This document shows, piece by piece, positions 29,501 through 35,490 of a stretch of 40,394 nt of DNA (position 1 is its first letter; each line of letters begins with the position of its first letter). The position numbers and the translations under genes were made by a program. The notes under the pieces are model-generated. The model was given only the letters and a program-made list of their open reading frames with translations, was not told where the DNA came from and did no database searches. Source of the stretch: an uncultured Hyphomicrobiales bacterium (lineage in GTDB: Bacteria; Bacteroidota; Ignavibacteria; Kapaibacteriales; UBA2268); the NCBI GenBank assembly GCA_964589125.1, contig CAZPSM010000003.1, forward strand, positions 1 through 40,394, in the 5' to 3' direction.

Positions 29501-32500
29501 TTCATTCGATTTCCGCGTTAATGCACAAAATGGTAGCGGAATGACAGGAGGCACAATCCAATCGGGGGATACCTTGTTGACACCGAACAATACAATTATT
29601 AAGCTTGGTGGGACGTTCACAATTAAAGATTTGCATTTTGCAAACTCATTGTCGAATGCTGTAACTACACAAGTCGCTGAGCAAACCTTGACCATTGCAG
29701 GGAATTGGACAATCGATGCCAACCACACTTTCAATTTGAATGGAAATACGGTTATCTTTGGTGGTAACCTTACGAACTATGGCACATTTGTTGGGTCTCC
29801 TACTGGTCCAACGAGTGATAGTTGGCTGTTTGAATTGAATGGGAATAACGACCAAACTTTCTTTTCCAATTCATCTGCGTTCGATATTTATAATTTGAAA
29901 ATTAATAAGAGTTCGGGAAATGTGCTGCTATCGGCATCTGGCAATTCTGATTTCAAAGTTCATAATACATTAGAGTTTGCTAATAGTAATAATGCATTTA
30001 TTTCTGCTCCGATTCAAAGTGGGCGTTTTGTTGAATTAAGTCCAATTTCGGGAAGCACACCTACAATCCTTCGCAATGGAAAGGGGCACGTCGTTGGTCG
30101 ATTGTATCGTTATGTAGGAGATGGTAACCAGAATGTTTTCTTCCCGGTCGGTGCCGATTCAATCGGCAGTTATCGCCCGGTTTGGTTCGAATCGAGCGGG
30201 ACGGGAAATACTGCTGGTCTTGTTGGTGTAGTTTCGTTTAATTTGCAGCATCCTCGAATCAGCGAGGTGAATGTCGATACGTCGAAAATATTGATTAGAT
30301 ATTGGAAGGTTACACCCCCGGCAAATGGTGGTTATGCTCTTGGTTCTGGAAATACCTTCAATCTTAAAGTCCAGTTCCTAAATCCATCTGATTTCAAACC
30401 GGGTAGCGATTTGACAACATTCAAGATGTTGAATTTTAATCCTGCTTGCCCCGACCCACCGGCATCTTGCTCGAACAGTGGGATTTGGACTTTGTTGACT
30501 ACCCCGGATAAAACCGATACCACTTTGCGAAGTACGGGGAATACCCTCTTCGGGGACTTTACTGCTGGAACCTTCTTGGGTGTTGTATTTTGGAGTCGTA
30601 ACAATGGGTTTTGGAATAATCCTGCGACGTGGTCGCTTAAAAGTTACTACGAAGATAGTCTTCCTCCTCGAATTCCGAACCAAACTTACGATATTGTCAG
30701 AATTGGGAATGGTAAAACTGTTTCAATCCCCGATGGTTTTTCGCCAAATGTTAAGTCGGTATTTGTTGAAAAGGATAGTGTAAATTACTCCCCAGGAACG
30801 TTAATGATTTATGGAACTCTGGGGTATTTAGCTGGGCAAAATTTCGCACTCGAAGATAGTTGCACTATTGGCGTGCAAAATCAGAACGGAATTGCGCGCG
30901 TAGTCGATGGAAACATTGGTGCAGTGCAAACGAGTTCCCGAAACTATGGGGTAGGGAGATTCATCTTCTTCAACAGTTCCTCTTCAATGTCAACTGGATT
31001 AGGACTACCCGATTCGATAAAAACAATGATTATTGACAATACGTACTCGGTAAATAATTCAGTTTATTTGTCCAATTATGGTGGTGCTCCCGCTATTAAG
31101 ATTGCCGATACACTTCTTGTTAAACAAGGAACTTTTAACGTTGGGAATAGGAATATGACGCTCTATGGTGTGATGATCCTCGATAGTAATTCAATTGAAG
31201 GTAAGTTTGAACCGACAAATGCCGAGGTTTCTTTCGACGGCTCGAATGAAAAGTATTTGATGCTGAAGAATCGTTCGGGTGCTCGCTTTTATAATCTAAC
31301 CATAAACAATGGAAATCTAAATATTACTCGTCCAATTATTAACGATGCAAATCGTCAACATACTTTTATCGATAACAATTTGAATTTTTCCAATCCTAAT
31401 ACATATATCACATTGTTCGATAGCGTGAATCTTAAAGTTACTAATTCTTCGGCAACTGCGATTCAGAACGCCGACGCTAACCGTTTCGTCAAAACTTCAC
31501 TTGCGAGTGGAATGCTTATTAGGGCTATTGCTACTGGTCAAACATATACTTTCCCTATTGGTTCTGGTAATATTTATGCTCCAGCGATTTTCGAAGCCTC
31601 TGCCTCTGGCTCGAACGGAACAATCGGTGTGCGAACTTCTCCGGGTCAAAGCACATACCAATTGGATGGACACCGAGGGCTTTCGCCAAGCACCGCAGCT
31701 ATTTATATCAAACGCTACTGGACAATTGACAGCGTTACTGCCCAAATTAACGGAAAGTGGACTTTCTATTACGACGATAACGACGTGGTTGGCGACGAAA
31801 CACAGATAACGAAAATCGGACGCTGGCGCCCAGCTTGGGAAACAACAGGAGGCTCGTGGGCTTTCCCATTTAATCCTTCAAGTATCAATACTACGAACAA
31901 TACATTCGAAACTTCTACTAATTTTGCTTATTCTGGGTTTTACGGGGATTGGACTATCGGAAACGAAAATGCATTCCGTAGAATTCTATACAGCCGACAG
32001 TCCGGACCTTGGTCGAGCGACCAATCGTGGACATATTCGCCATCCCATAGTGGTCCAATTGCTGGGGTTGGTGTTTATCCTAATGCTCCCGACGATTCCT
32101 GTGTCGTTGGTGGTGGAAATAATGGAGTTGGAAATCACGAAATCACTTTGGATTTGAGCAATCCATTTAATGGCGGTGCGAACACCGGTGTTGCCGTTGG
32201 AACTGGGACTTCGAATACCGGGACACTTAATCTTGGAACTAATATCCTCGATGGCGATTATTTTACTCTCGGAGACTACTCATCGTTGAAAATAGGCTCT
32301 CCCGATGGAATATTTAACATTGGACAAAACCTTGGGAATATTAGAACTACTCAGTCGAGAAACTACAATACTAATGGGATTTATATCTACAATGCTTCTG
32401 GGAACCAAACCCTTGGGGATGGCTTGCCATCGACCGTCTATTCGTTTGTTGTAGATAATAGTGGAGCCTATCCAAATAATGTTCTTACTGTCGATAGGAA

Positions 32501-32966
32501 CATCACTGTCCAAAAAGATTTGAGTGTTTTAAATGGAACGCTCGACTTGCAGACTTATTCAATGAATTCAGTGCCAAGTGGAACTGGAACCGTTACCCTT
32601 GGGGCAAACATTATGTTACGTGTTGGGGGAACAAATAATTTGAGCAATACAATCAACAACTACTCGAACTACAACATAAACACGACGAGCATTGTACATT
32701 TCAACGGCACAAACCAGACGATTTCATCTTTGCCAACGAATTTGACCCAAGATTTTGTTAATAATATTGGTGGATTAGGTACTGTTTGGCTTTCGAATTC
32801 TGGCACAAAACTTGTAACTCAACCACTGTTAATTCGAGGTAATTTGGTTACATTTGTTGGGATTACTTTGCAAAATAATGCAGGAGTCGATGCACTTTCG
32901 GTGCGTGGAAGTATTATCAACAATGCGTCGATATTCAACGAAGGAGTAATTGAAATTGGAAACTAA
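20553..32966 (+). CDS. Giant (4137 aa) secreted repetitive exoprotein, predicted beta-helix/adhesin-like, with an embedded GEVED domain and no recognisable T9SS CTD.
   Basis: It is a single uninterrupted 12.4-kb ORF. The N-terminal signal is KLVCSAIFLVFVTALAVRGQ. The sequence is Asn/Thr/Gly/Ser-rich. Recurrent motifs include FYNL(K/T)(I/V/L)NK..G, GDWT.G...FYSR..G.W..P..WS (six copies), and ...RNY...G.FIY.G.G.Q..G.G(I/L)P. The GEVED-like segment is YKIWIDYNRDGDYLDAGEQV...GSTQMRVGMQ...GTGEFEEYTVDI (about nt 27090-27435). The protein ends ...SIINNASIFNEGVIEIGN. Confidence 0.9.
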   Translation: MERIGIIRLQSKVKLVCSAIFLVFVTALAVRGQVYVSPNANVYFGSNSTVQINTNLTISSGATLTQNGTGTIYIAGDWTNNGGTFNPGTGIVIFIGNSNSTIGGTGSTNFYNLKINKTTNGSDVVLVGNNLLISNQLQIDDGVFRLGNSNYVKVIIYGDVSIASVGLFDVINSLPNAFDTVKFGGNLFVDGTLDFNMSNGKVWAFFINSGNSELSGTGTVDLYEVIMRKASSSDMVTFKRSFSAPDGFLTLDTGIFKIEGSYSFSNTFFKPQTGSGNCYIGSESEFWLDNPNVTVNGQPLAGNLYLRGSLKIAQGTVNVGTTGESSIIYDNSPPKKSKLTISSGTLNVWTRISPQTYGTNLIDFDFSGGSVKVGVGSSSSETGVGLFDISASGSSFNWSGGTLELNRTANNSVADYVVLASTGTVGGGLLKIDAQTTNQTFDINTTKPVYEVVMTGTNNPVVRLVSNNLTILTNLTLAGSGTGRFDANNLNITIGGDWFNNFVSADGFTAGTGTVTFNGSATQNIGGSQSTKFYNLTVNKSGGDLEVNQPTTVENDLRLLSNTIVDLNSNDLTIGANGHIYSDNGTQEDLSTFNSSKFIVNSGSGSNPLAGAKLIRRVATGVTLPLNLRFPIGTPGRYSPAMITFNFGGATFGANAFVSVKPVPLEHPGVELSNKSLTKYWVVDDNDITYNSQGATVRFFYNLSEVQGNESNYVVLYYSPSYNDPNGYWRVNPGVNNSVDVINRLFYAQQIDSIAGDWTAGETDAAYATFFARADGDFNNANTWSNVGFNGPASSKYPSKPNHRARIQDHEISVNANIPPLNLLSVEDGTEGRQPGKLTFTNDYYVQGDTFRIEQNTKLKVSHSNGIAAVPTNAGCVRTTVRNLSSAVVYEFTGTGSQSTGDGIPNIVRGFVVSKPANQVLTLGKSVQISDSLVINDGVLDLASYNLNGQSGGQTLTMRGGEMIIRQSFPTNYTAPSFTVGRITFDGTGNVTIPSSGSSPAVLQYYDLKIAGNTRSGNVTFASSGEIRVKNQLDISSLSFSNNTYRFFTNGSTVRFNKSGGVQNIPLQPSSPSDSSVFLEYYNLIIDSSGTKQLTASGTPTFKVLNNLKIDNGATFSTNNFSLEVQGNWENSNGSVFVPGTASVIFRNPNPLTTTTITSRDTTDNPFNNVVIAGSGIVKPLDDIKIQGNLLISSGSTLEMTSNLMSLYGNWTDQGGTFTYGTSTVMFTGTSTQYITRTSGNSNFYNIIVRNTANVDGSGVGSTTDGIVVNNNLVLDAGNLRTHIGTNFRFVTVLGSLNRPGGGYVDGELRKTVGTGTTSVTFEVGYGSRYTPVQIDFYGSGGASGLLGVLSDTIHTTTSPISWQGDPPTDLLPSGSEMSPNKHVARQYSITIPSGSSFALGGSRKYNATFTFVGTAAPNGDLRNGANTSLFEARLRAGSNWIGPFYYGTYPLMGVRNANTAEFDSLVDFGTFVVGEPAVLTFYTRANGNWTTISNWSTQGYGGSPAPEYPGQSSNNFRAYIGNGNTITFNQNVIVNTSSPYSGWVQVDSSGLLDFDTYVLSGTGEFRLAKNGAVRTANVNGFRAVGALGSVQTTTRNYDYGSHGRAHFIYSGNQNQTQANEAIPTSVGSLTVDKTANTLTFNRSTTILDSIFIKQGSMTLGANITVNGNFRRNSGTTFNPGTTTITFSGLNGDTISNLDSNPLNFYNLTLAKASGSGDVVLSQNSAIQISNNLTFSTAGSNKSLINARSYSGTYVIMGQTATVSNASNARGWVNGELRKYIQSGDAPAVTFEVGDSLRYSPFLIDFRSGSNSGSAGYLAVKVFPGRHPYMDLAYNPPIAPSRLIGPKWWRLTKPNGSTFQRGNRNFDPRVYFVVPGDDANVDYWGCADLTYLREWTADVDWQPLYPNSTLSNDGAFGCGDTRNAALTPNFTYSGALSGGLAYVNVANVNTSFGSTEFIGSDTLLGDFVAGNQNSIARFYEFYSIRDGDWTDPATWSTVSLADTVNPTNLAASDTTGGRNRIIYGFPRRQYDNVIIGNRKRVRLDANIGTNTLTTLSTYELNALAGPSVVVLDSGILDLNYHVLRGNAFAVRNGGKLISGSTSGITTGNSGNINLYPGVSPSYSDSISIVYSAEGYTSDVARYFTTWPARDGTTYYLERVAVRNASDNSLIMDNITLDTLTRSIRCINIYIHKKAVLTAGSSYYLQIDPSNTGGQRRYKIWIDYNRDGDYLDAGEQVINQTSNSNTLFNTSSFTVPTGTTPGSTQMRVGMQNGTGDYGPTASGTGEFEEYTVDIINTNPTITQSTGNGLPNILRSIEVHSPRNGSIVQLGKSITVLDSVRIRSGQLQAQANNITLYGDFVSDTANGFSPGTGSVYFRNHTTSNIRGTATNIAFNNIYLQKSAIDTLNVRMNIIVAGTLRMDSLNIINLSDNTNISFSAPATLTYTGSAFSNRKMIKVSGGANTGTVTKNFQTGSGVTRTFAFPLGIDTVFNMANISITGNFTGTPSLEMILRGAQHPNRQNDYILKKYWTVNPTGISNITASTYEFDFFGVDTSGDVSRYIPARYKSGSGWEINLGPSPNISNISYGYRIQIVNDTSYNGSKLAGDWTAGDPTAFFNGLVFYSRASGGWGTPSNWSIDAVAKHNGPPASYYPGQLYIQDTVNIDGHTIYYNVQNVEIDSLRLGGTNASPNPGQLLFDSTANNKVLKTRQLFIDNENVTIQTSGWAALLPRKKVDTLIITQNLIHNGSGSTGFNLFPQFSANDSDYVVLKFAGSGNSRISGPGPWSSMRSLVIAKNGGLSDSVFVETSALCNFSSNSTKHFFKFDGGVLVQNTTSSPNNLYISGFDLLPVSMSSNSGLSIFDGSVRSRATITTSANTIIHLRKGDLYVGEAHPLSTIYGSFLYNTGTTVRIDTGTFNVARAFARVETNSTVDFTLQPAGIVKVNTVGLGSYDPTKIGFDISNSGSSFTMTGGRIIVTNALGTSPSSFDFRVNAQNGSGMTGGTIQSGDTLLTPNNTIIKLGGTFTIKDLHFANSLSNAVTTQVAEQTLTIAGNWTIDANHTFNLNGNTVIFGGNLTNYGTFVGSPTGPTSDSWLFELNGNNDQTFFSNSSAFDIYNLKINKSSGNVLLSASGNSDFKVHNTLEFANSNNAFISAPIQSGRFVELSPISGSTPTILRNGKGHVVGRLYRYVGDGNQNVFFPVGADSIGSYRPVWFESSGTGNTAGLVGVVSFNLQHPRISEVNVDTSKILIRYWKVTPPANGGYALGSGNTFNLKVQFLNPSDFKPGSDLTTFKMLNFNPACPDPPASCSNSGIWTLLTTPDKTDTTLRSTGNTLFGDFTAGTFLGVVFWSRNNGFWNNPATWSLKSYYEDSLPPRIPNQTYDIVRIGNGKTVSIPDGFSPNVKSVFVEKDSVNYSPGTLMIYGTLGYLAGQNFALEDSCTIGVQNQNGIARVVDGNIGAVQTSSRNYGVGRFIFFNSSSSMSTGLGLPDSIKTMIIDNTYSVNNSVYLSNYGGAPAIKIADTLLVKQGTFNVGNRNMTLYGVMILDSNSIEGKFEPTNAEVSFDGSNEKYLMLKNRSGARFYNLTINNGNLNITRPIINDANRQHTFIDNNLNFSNPNTYITLFDSVNLKVTNSSATAIQNADANRFVKTSLASGMLIRAIATGQTYTFPIGSGNIYAPAIFEASASGSNGTIGVRTSPGQSTYQLDGHRGLSPSTAAIYIKRYWTIDSVTAQINGKWTFYYDDNDVVGDETQITKIGRWRPAWETTGGSWAFPFNPSSINTTNNTFETSTNFAYSGFYGDWTIGNENAFRRILYSRQSGPWSSDQSWTYSPSHSGPIAGVGVYPNAPDDSCVVGGGNNGVGNHEITLDLSNPFNGGANTGVAVGTGTSNTGTLNLGTNILDGDYFTLGDYSSLKIGSPDGIFNIGQNLGNIRTTQSRNYNTNGIYIYNASGNQTLGDGLPSTVYSFVVDNSGAYPNNVLTVDRNITVQKDLSVLNGTLDLQTYSMNSVPSGTGTVTLGANIMLRVGGTNNLSNTINNYSNYNINTTSIVHFNGTNQTISSLPTNLTQDFVNNIGGLGTVWLSNSGTKLVTQPLLIRGNLVTFVGITLQNNAGVDALSVRGSIINNASIFNEGVIEIGN

Positions 32967-33030
32967 TTGTTTCTATATAACGTTTGAGAGACTTGCAAAA
33001 AATGTTACTTCCGACATGTTCTCCTTTCTT

Positions 33031-33146
33031 GTCATTCTGAACGAAGTAAAGAATCTAAAAAGAAAGGAGGTTGCTGATTTGTCGGTTCTCTCATTGCATC
33101 GATATGACAATCTTTGTTATGTCATTCTGAACGAAGTGAAGAATCT
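33031..33146. repeat. Two direct copies (90-bp period) of a 26-bp REP-like element, gtcattctgaacgaagt(a/g)aagaatct, with degenerate inverted partners.
   Basis: Copy 1 is at 33031-33056 and copy 2 at 33121-33146, with 25/26 identity. Partial inverted matches lie at 33088-33110 (ttctctcattgcatcgatatgacaa) and 33214-33231 (gattcatcgctcttcag). Translation of the element produces the VILNEVKNL strings of the spurious ORF 32950-33288. Confidence 0.8.
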
Positions 33147-33358
33147 GGTCTCATTATGTTCAAAATTATTGCTATTACGAGGTTCATTTAGAATTACAAA
33201 GGTTGATTCATCGCTCTTCAGCCCTTTGTTTAACTTGTTGATTATATTAAGTATAACTACGTATTCAATTTACATAAAATATTTTTAATTTTGTATCACA
33301 AATTGGTATCGATATGAATAGAAACTCAAAATTAAGTTCAACAAATAAGGAGGCGGCT

Positions 33359-35431
33359 ATGTCGCAAACAAAACACATTCGAGGCTATTTGTTAGCCGTT
33401 TTACTTCTTCTCGCTTTCGTTTCGTCTGAACTCTTCTCGCAAAACTTTACAAACAATACGGGCGGTACCTACCAGGTGGGGACAACTACGGGAACAATCC
33501 GTATGCGTTCCAGTGGCGGTCAATTCGATGGCAGTGCCCCACTCGGCACAACTTCTGGAACACGTATCCCCGGAACCGTGGTTTGGATTTCTAATAGCGG
33601 TTCTCCAATGACCGTTGGAGCGGGTGGACCCTATTATTATACCAATCTCGGAACCGATGGCACTGCACAGAAGAACTTCACAACCGATGCCTATATCTCT
33701 GGCACATATAACCCTCAAAGTGGTAATAGGAACTATGGCACCGTTACAATCCACTACGATGGAACTTCCGCACAGACAATTGCCGGAGAAAATGCTACTA
33801 ATGGTGGTGGCTACTATGGGTTGGACCTAGTCAATTCCGGAGCTAAAAGTGTTTCTTCAGGGACAACAGTTTTAGTAACCAATGTTTTAACACATTCCGG
33901 TGGCGATTTAACCAATAACGGGACTTTTAACTTAAACAATACCGCAGCGAGTACTTCATCGGCAAACATTACAAACAATGGAACTTGGAATTTCCAAGGG
34001 AGTGGTACCTTTACCAATACTCCTACCTTTACTAATAACTCTGGTGGTGCCGGGGGTGGAGTTTACGTTTCGGGGACTGGCGCGCTTACGTTTCAAGATT
34101 TTACCAACACCAGTGGGGCATTCACTCTAAATGCTAATACCACTGTTTATTTGACAGGATCGATTACCCGAGCGGCTGGGACGTTTACTTTCGATTGCGC
34201 TTCTAATTTCCATTATTCCGGTGGAGCACAAACGATTCTTGGAAATGTTAACCCGGATTTTCAACAATATGGGAATCTTTTCCTCGAAGGAACTGGTGCC
34301 AAAACTGCTGGTGGCAACATAAGCCTTTGTGCTAACTTAAGCGTTACCCAAGAGGTCGATATGGCTCCTGGCTCCAATGATTATATTTTAACAATGCTAA
34401 ACACTGGCGGTGGCGCAACGGTTTCCTACACTGGAAATGTCGAGGTTCGTGGTAAATTCCGCTGGCAAAATATGTCCACAGGAACAGCGTATGTTTTCAA
34501 CAATGCGAACACTCAGGTTACTTTTTCCAGTGTTCCAACTTGGTTCCAACTTGACGTTCGCCAGCAGACAACCCCAACTAATATGAACAACTTCGATTTG
34601 ACAAAGGATATTCGTCGAAGTGTTACCGCTAATTTTAATGGGACAGGTACTATAAGTTCTTTGAGAATAAGTTGGGAATCTTCTGATGAAGATGGTAGCT
34701 TCAATGGTGACCGTAATCTCGCTCGTTTTGCCGAAGGATATAGTCCAGGTGCTAACCACGACAAATTAGTTCGAACCGGTGCTACTTATACTCGCAGTGT
34801 GAGTGGCGACCCACGCTATATTACTTATGCCGGTGGTTCGGGACCAGGTATCGACTTAATAGCCGCCGGTGGTGGTGGGACGGTTACTCAATTGTCCGAT
34901 GGCTCGAATATTTTGATTACAACTACGCCATTGACAATCATCTCGGTTACAAATGGGCGCTGGACAAATCCCGGAACTTGGGACGTTGGTGTTGTTCCGA
35001 CTGCTAACGATGACGTCGAGATTCGACATATTGTTTGGACTGGTATTGACCAAGCAGTGTTTGGTGGTTCCGCCTGGACCGATGATGAAATCGATGGTTC
35101 GAATAGTGGAGATGCTGGTGCAGCCGCTAACAAGATTACTATTGGAAATTACTCCGGAGCTACATTAGTAATCGGGAACCAAGACCCAACTATGGGGACT
35201 GGTGAACGTATCTTCCGAACCAGACTTGTTGCTGCTCCTAACTATGGAGCTCCCGGAATCTTTAACAACAACACTAATGCTAATAGTGGTGATGGAGACG
35301 GTACAAGTGCAACAGGCTTGAATGGTCTTTGGGTTCGAACTCCTGGCCAGTTTACACCCGTTTTGGGAACTTTGCAATTGACCAACAACGGTTCTGTTGT
35401 TAACCGAAGCATTATCGAAATTGGTCAATAA
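33359..35431 (+). CDS. Secreted Thr/Gly/Asn-rich exoprotein (~690 aa), paralog-like to the giant protein, with no T9SS CTD.
   Basis: ATG 33359 has a strong SD (aaggagg, 33348-33354); the ORF track starts at 33314. The signal peptide is MSQTKHIRGYLLAVLLLLAFVSSELFSQ. It carries the same NGRWTNPGTWDVGVVPTANDDVEI motif class as the giant. The C-terminus ...LQLTNNGSVVNRSIIEIGQ aligns to the giant's last 16 residues. Confidence 0.85.
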   Translation: MSQTKHIRGYLLAVLLLLAFVSSELFSQNFTNNTGGTYQVGTTTGTIRMRSSGGQFDGSAPLGTTSGTRIPGTVVWISNSGSPMTVGAGGPYYYTNLGTDGTAQKNFTTDAYISGTYNPQSGNRNYGTVTIHYDGTSAQTIAGENATNGGGYYGLDLVNSGAKSVSSGTTVLVTNVLTHSGGDLTNNGTFNLNNTAASTSSANITNNGTWNFQGSGTFTNTPTFTNNSGGAGGGVYVSGTGALTFQDFTNTSGAFTLNANTTVYLTGSITRAAGTFTFDCASNFHYSGGAQTILGNVNPDFQQYGNLFLEGTGAKTAGGNISLCANLSVTQEVDMAPGSNDYILTMLNTGGGATVSYTGNVEVRGKFRWQNMSTGTAYVFNNANTQVTFSSVPTWFQLDVRQQTTPTNMNNFDLTKDIRRSVTANFNGTGTISSLRISWESSDEDGSFNGDRNLARFAEGYSPGANHDKLVRTGATYTRSVSGDPRYITYAGGSGPGIDLIAAGGGGTVTQLSDGSNILITTTPLTIISVTNGRWTNPGTWDVGVVPTANDDVEIRHIVWTGIDQAVFGGSAWTDDEIDGSNSGDAGAAANKITIGNYSGATLVIGNQDPTMGTGERIFRTRLVAAPNYGAPGIFNNNTNANSGDGDGTSATGLNGLWVRTPGQFTPVLGTLQLTNNGSVVNRSIIEIGQ

Positions 35432-35443
35432 TTGTTATTATAA

Positions 35444-35474
35444 AGCAGGGGGCCTTTTACGCCCCTTGCTTTTA
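35444..35474 (+). terminator. Rho-independent terminator after the ~690-aa gene.
   Basis: agcagggggc (35444-35453) pairs with gccccttgct (35461-35470). That is 10 bp with one G-U wobble and a 7-nt loop. It runs into tttt (35470-35473). Confidence 0.7.
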
Positions 35475-35490
35475 ATTCTAAAAAGAAAAT

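Noticed and set aside
17094-32966. A diversity-generating retroelement targeting the fibre or adhesin C-termini
   Set aside because: No reverse transcriptase ORF was found, and I noticed no template/variable repeat pair at the DNA level. This could not be searched exhaustively by eye.
20553-32966. A SprB-type gliding adhesin or an autotransporter identity for the giant protein
   Set aside because: There is no type-B T9SS CTD at the C-terminus (no gliding-associated C-terminal pattern) and no C-terminal beta-barrel translocator. No neighbouring sprC, sprD or sprF-like genes were recognised. The motif set differs from what I recall of SprB repeats.
33031-33146. A possible mini-CRISPR array (26-bp repeats with a 64-bp spacer)
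   Set aside because: There are only two repeat copies. The spacer is too long and itself contains a degenerate inverted copy of the repeat. No cas genes are present in the window. The repeat belongs to a palindromic REP-like family that is also seen at 35544-35605.
32950-33288. A 112-aa + strand ORF in the spacer between the giant gene and the ~690-aa gene
   Set aside because: Its sequence is largely the translation of the REP-like repeats (VILNEVKNL twice, SFRITKVDSSLFS). It starts inside the giant gene's last codons and has no recognisable domain. One caveat: AGGAGG (33065-33070) lies 8 nt upstream of an in-frame TTG (33079). That would give a 69-aa peptide with a hydrophobic tail, so a small protein cannot be fully excluded.
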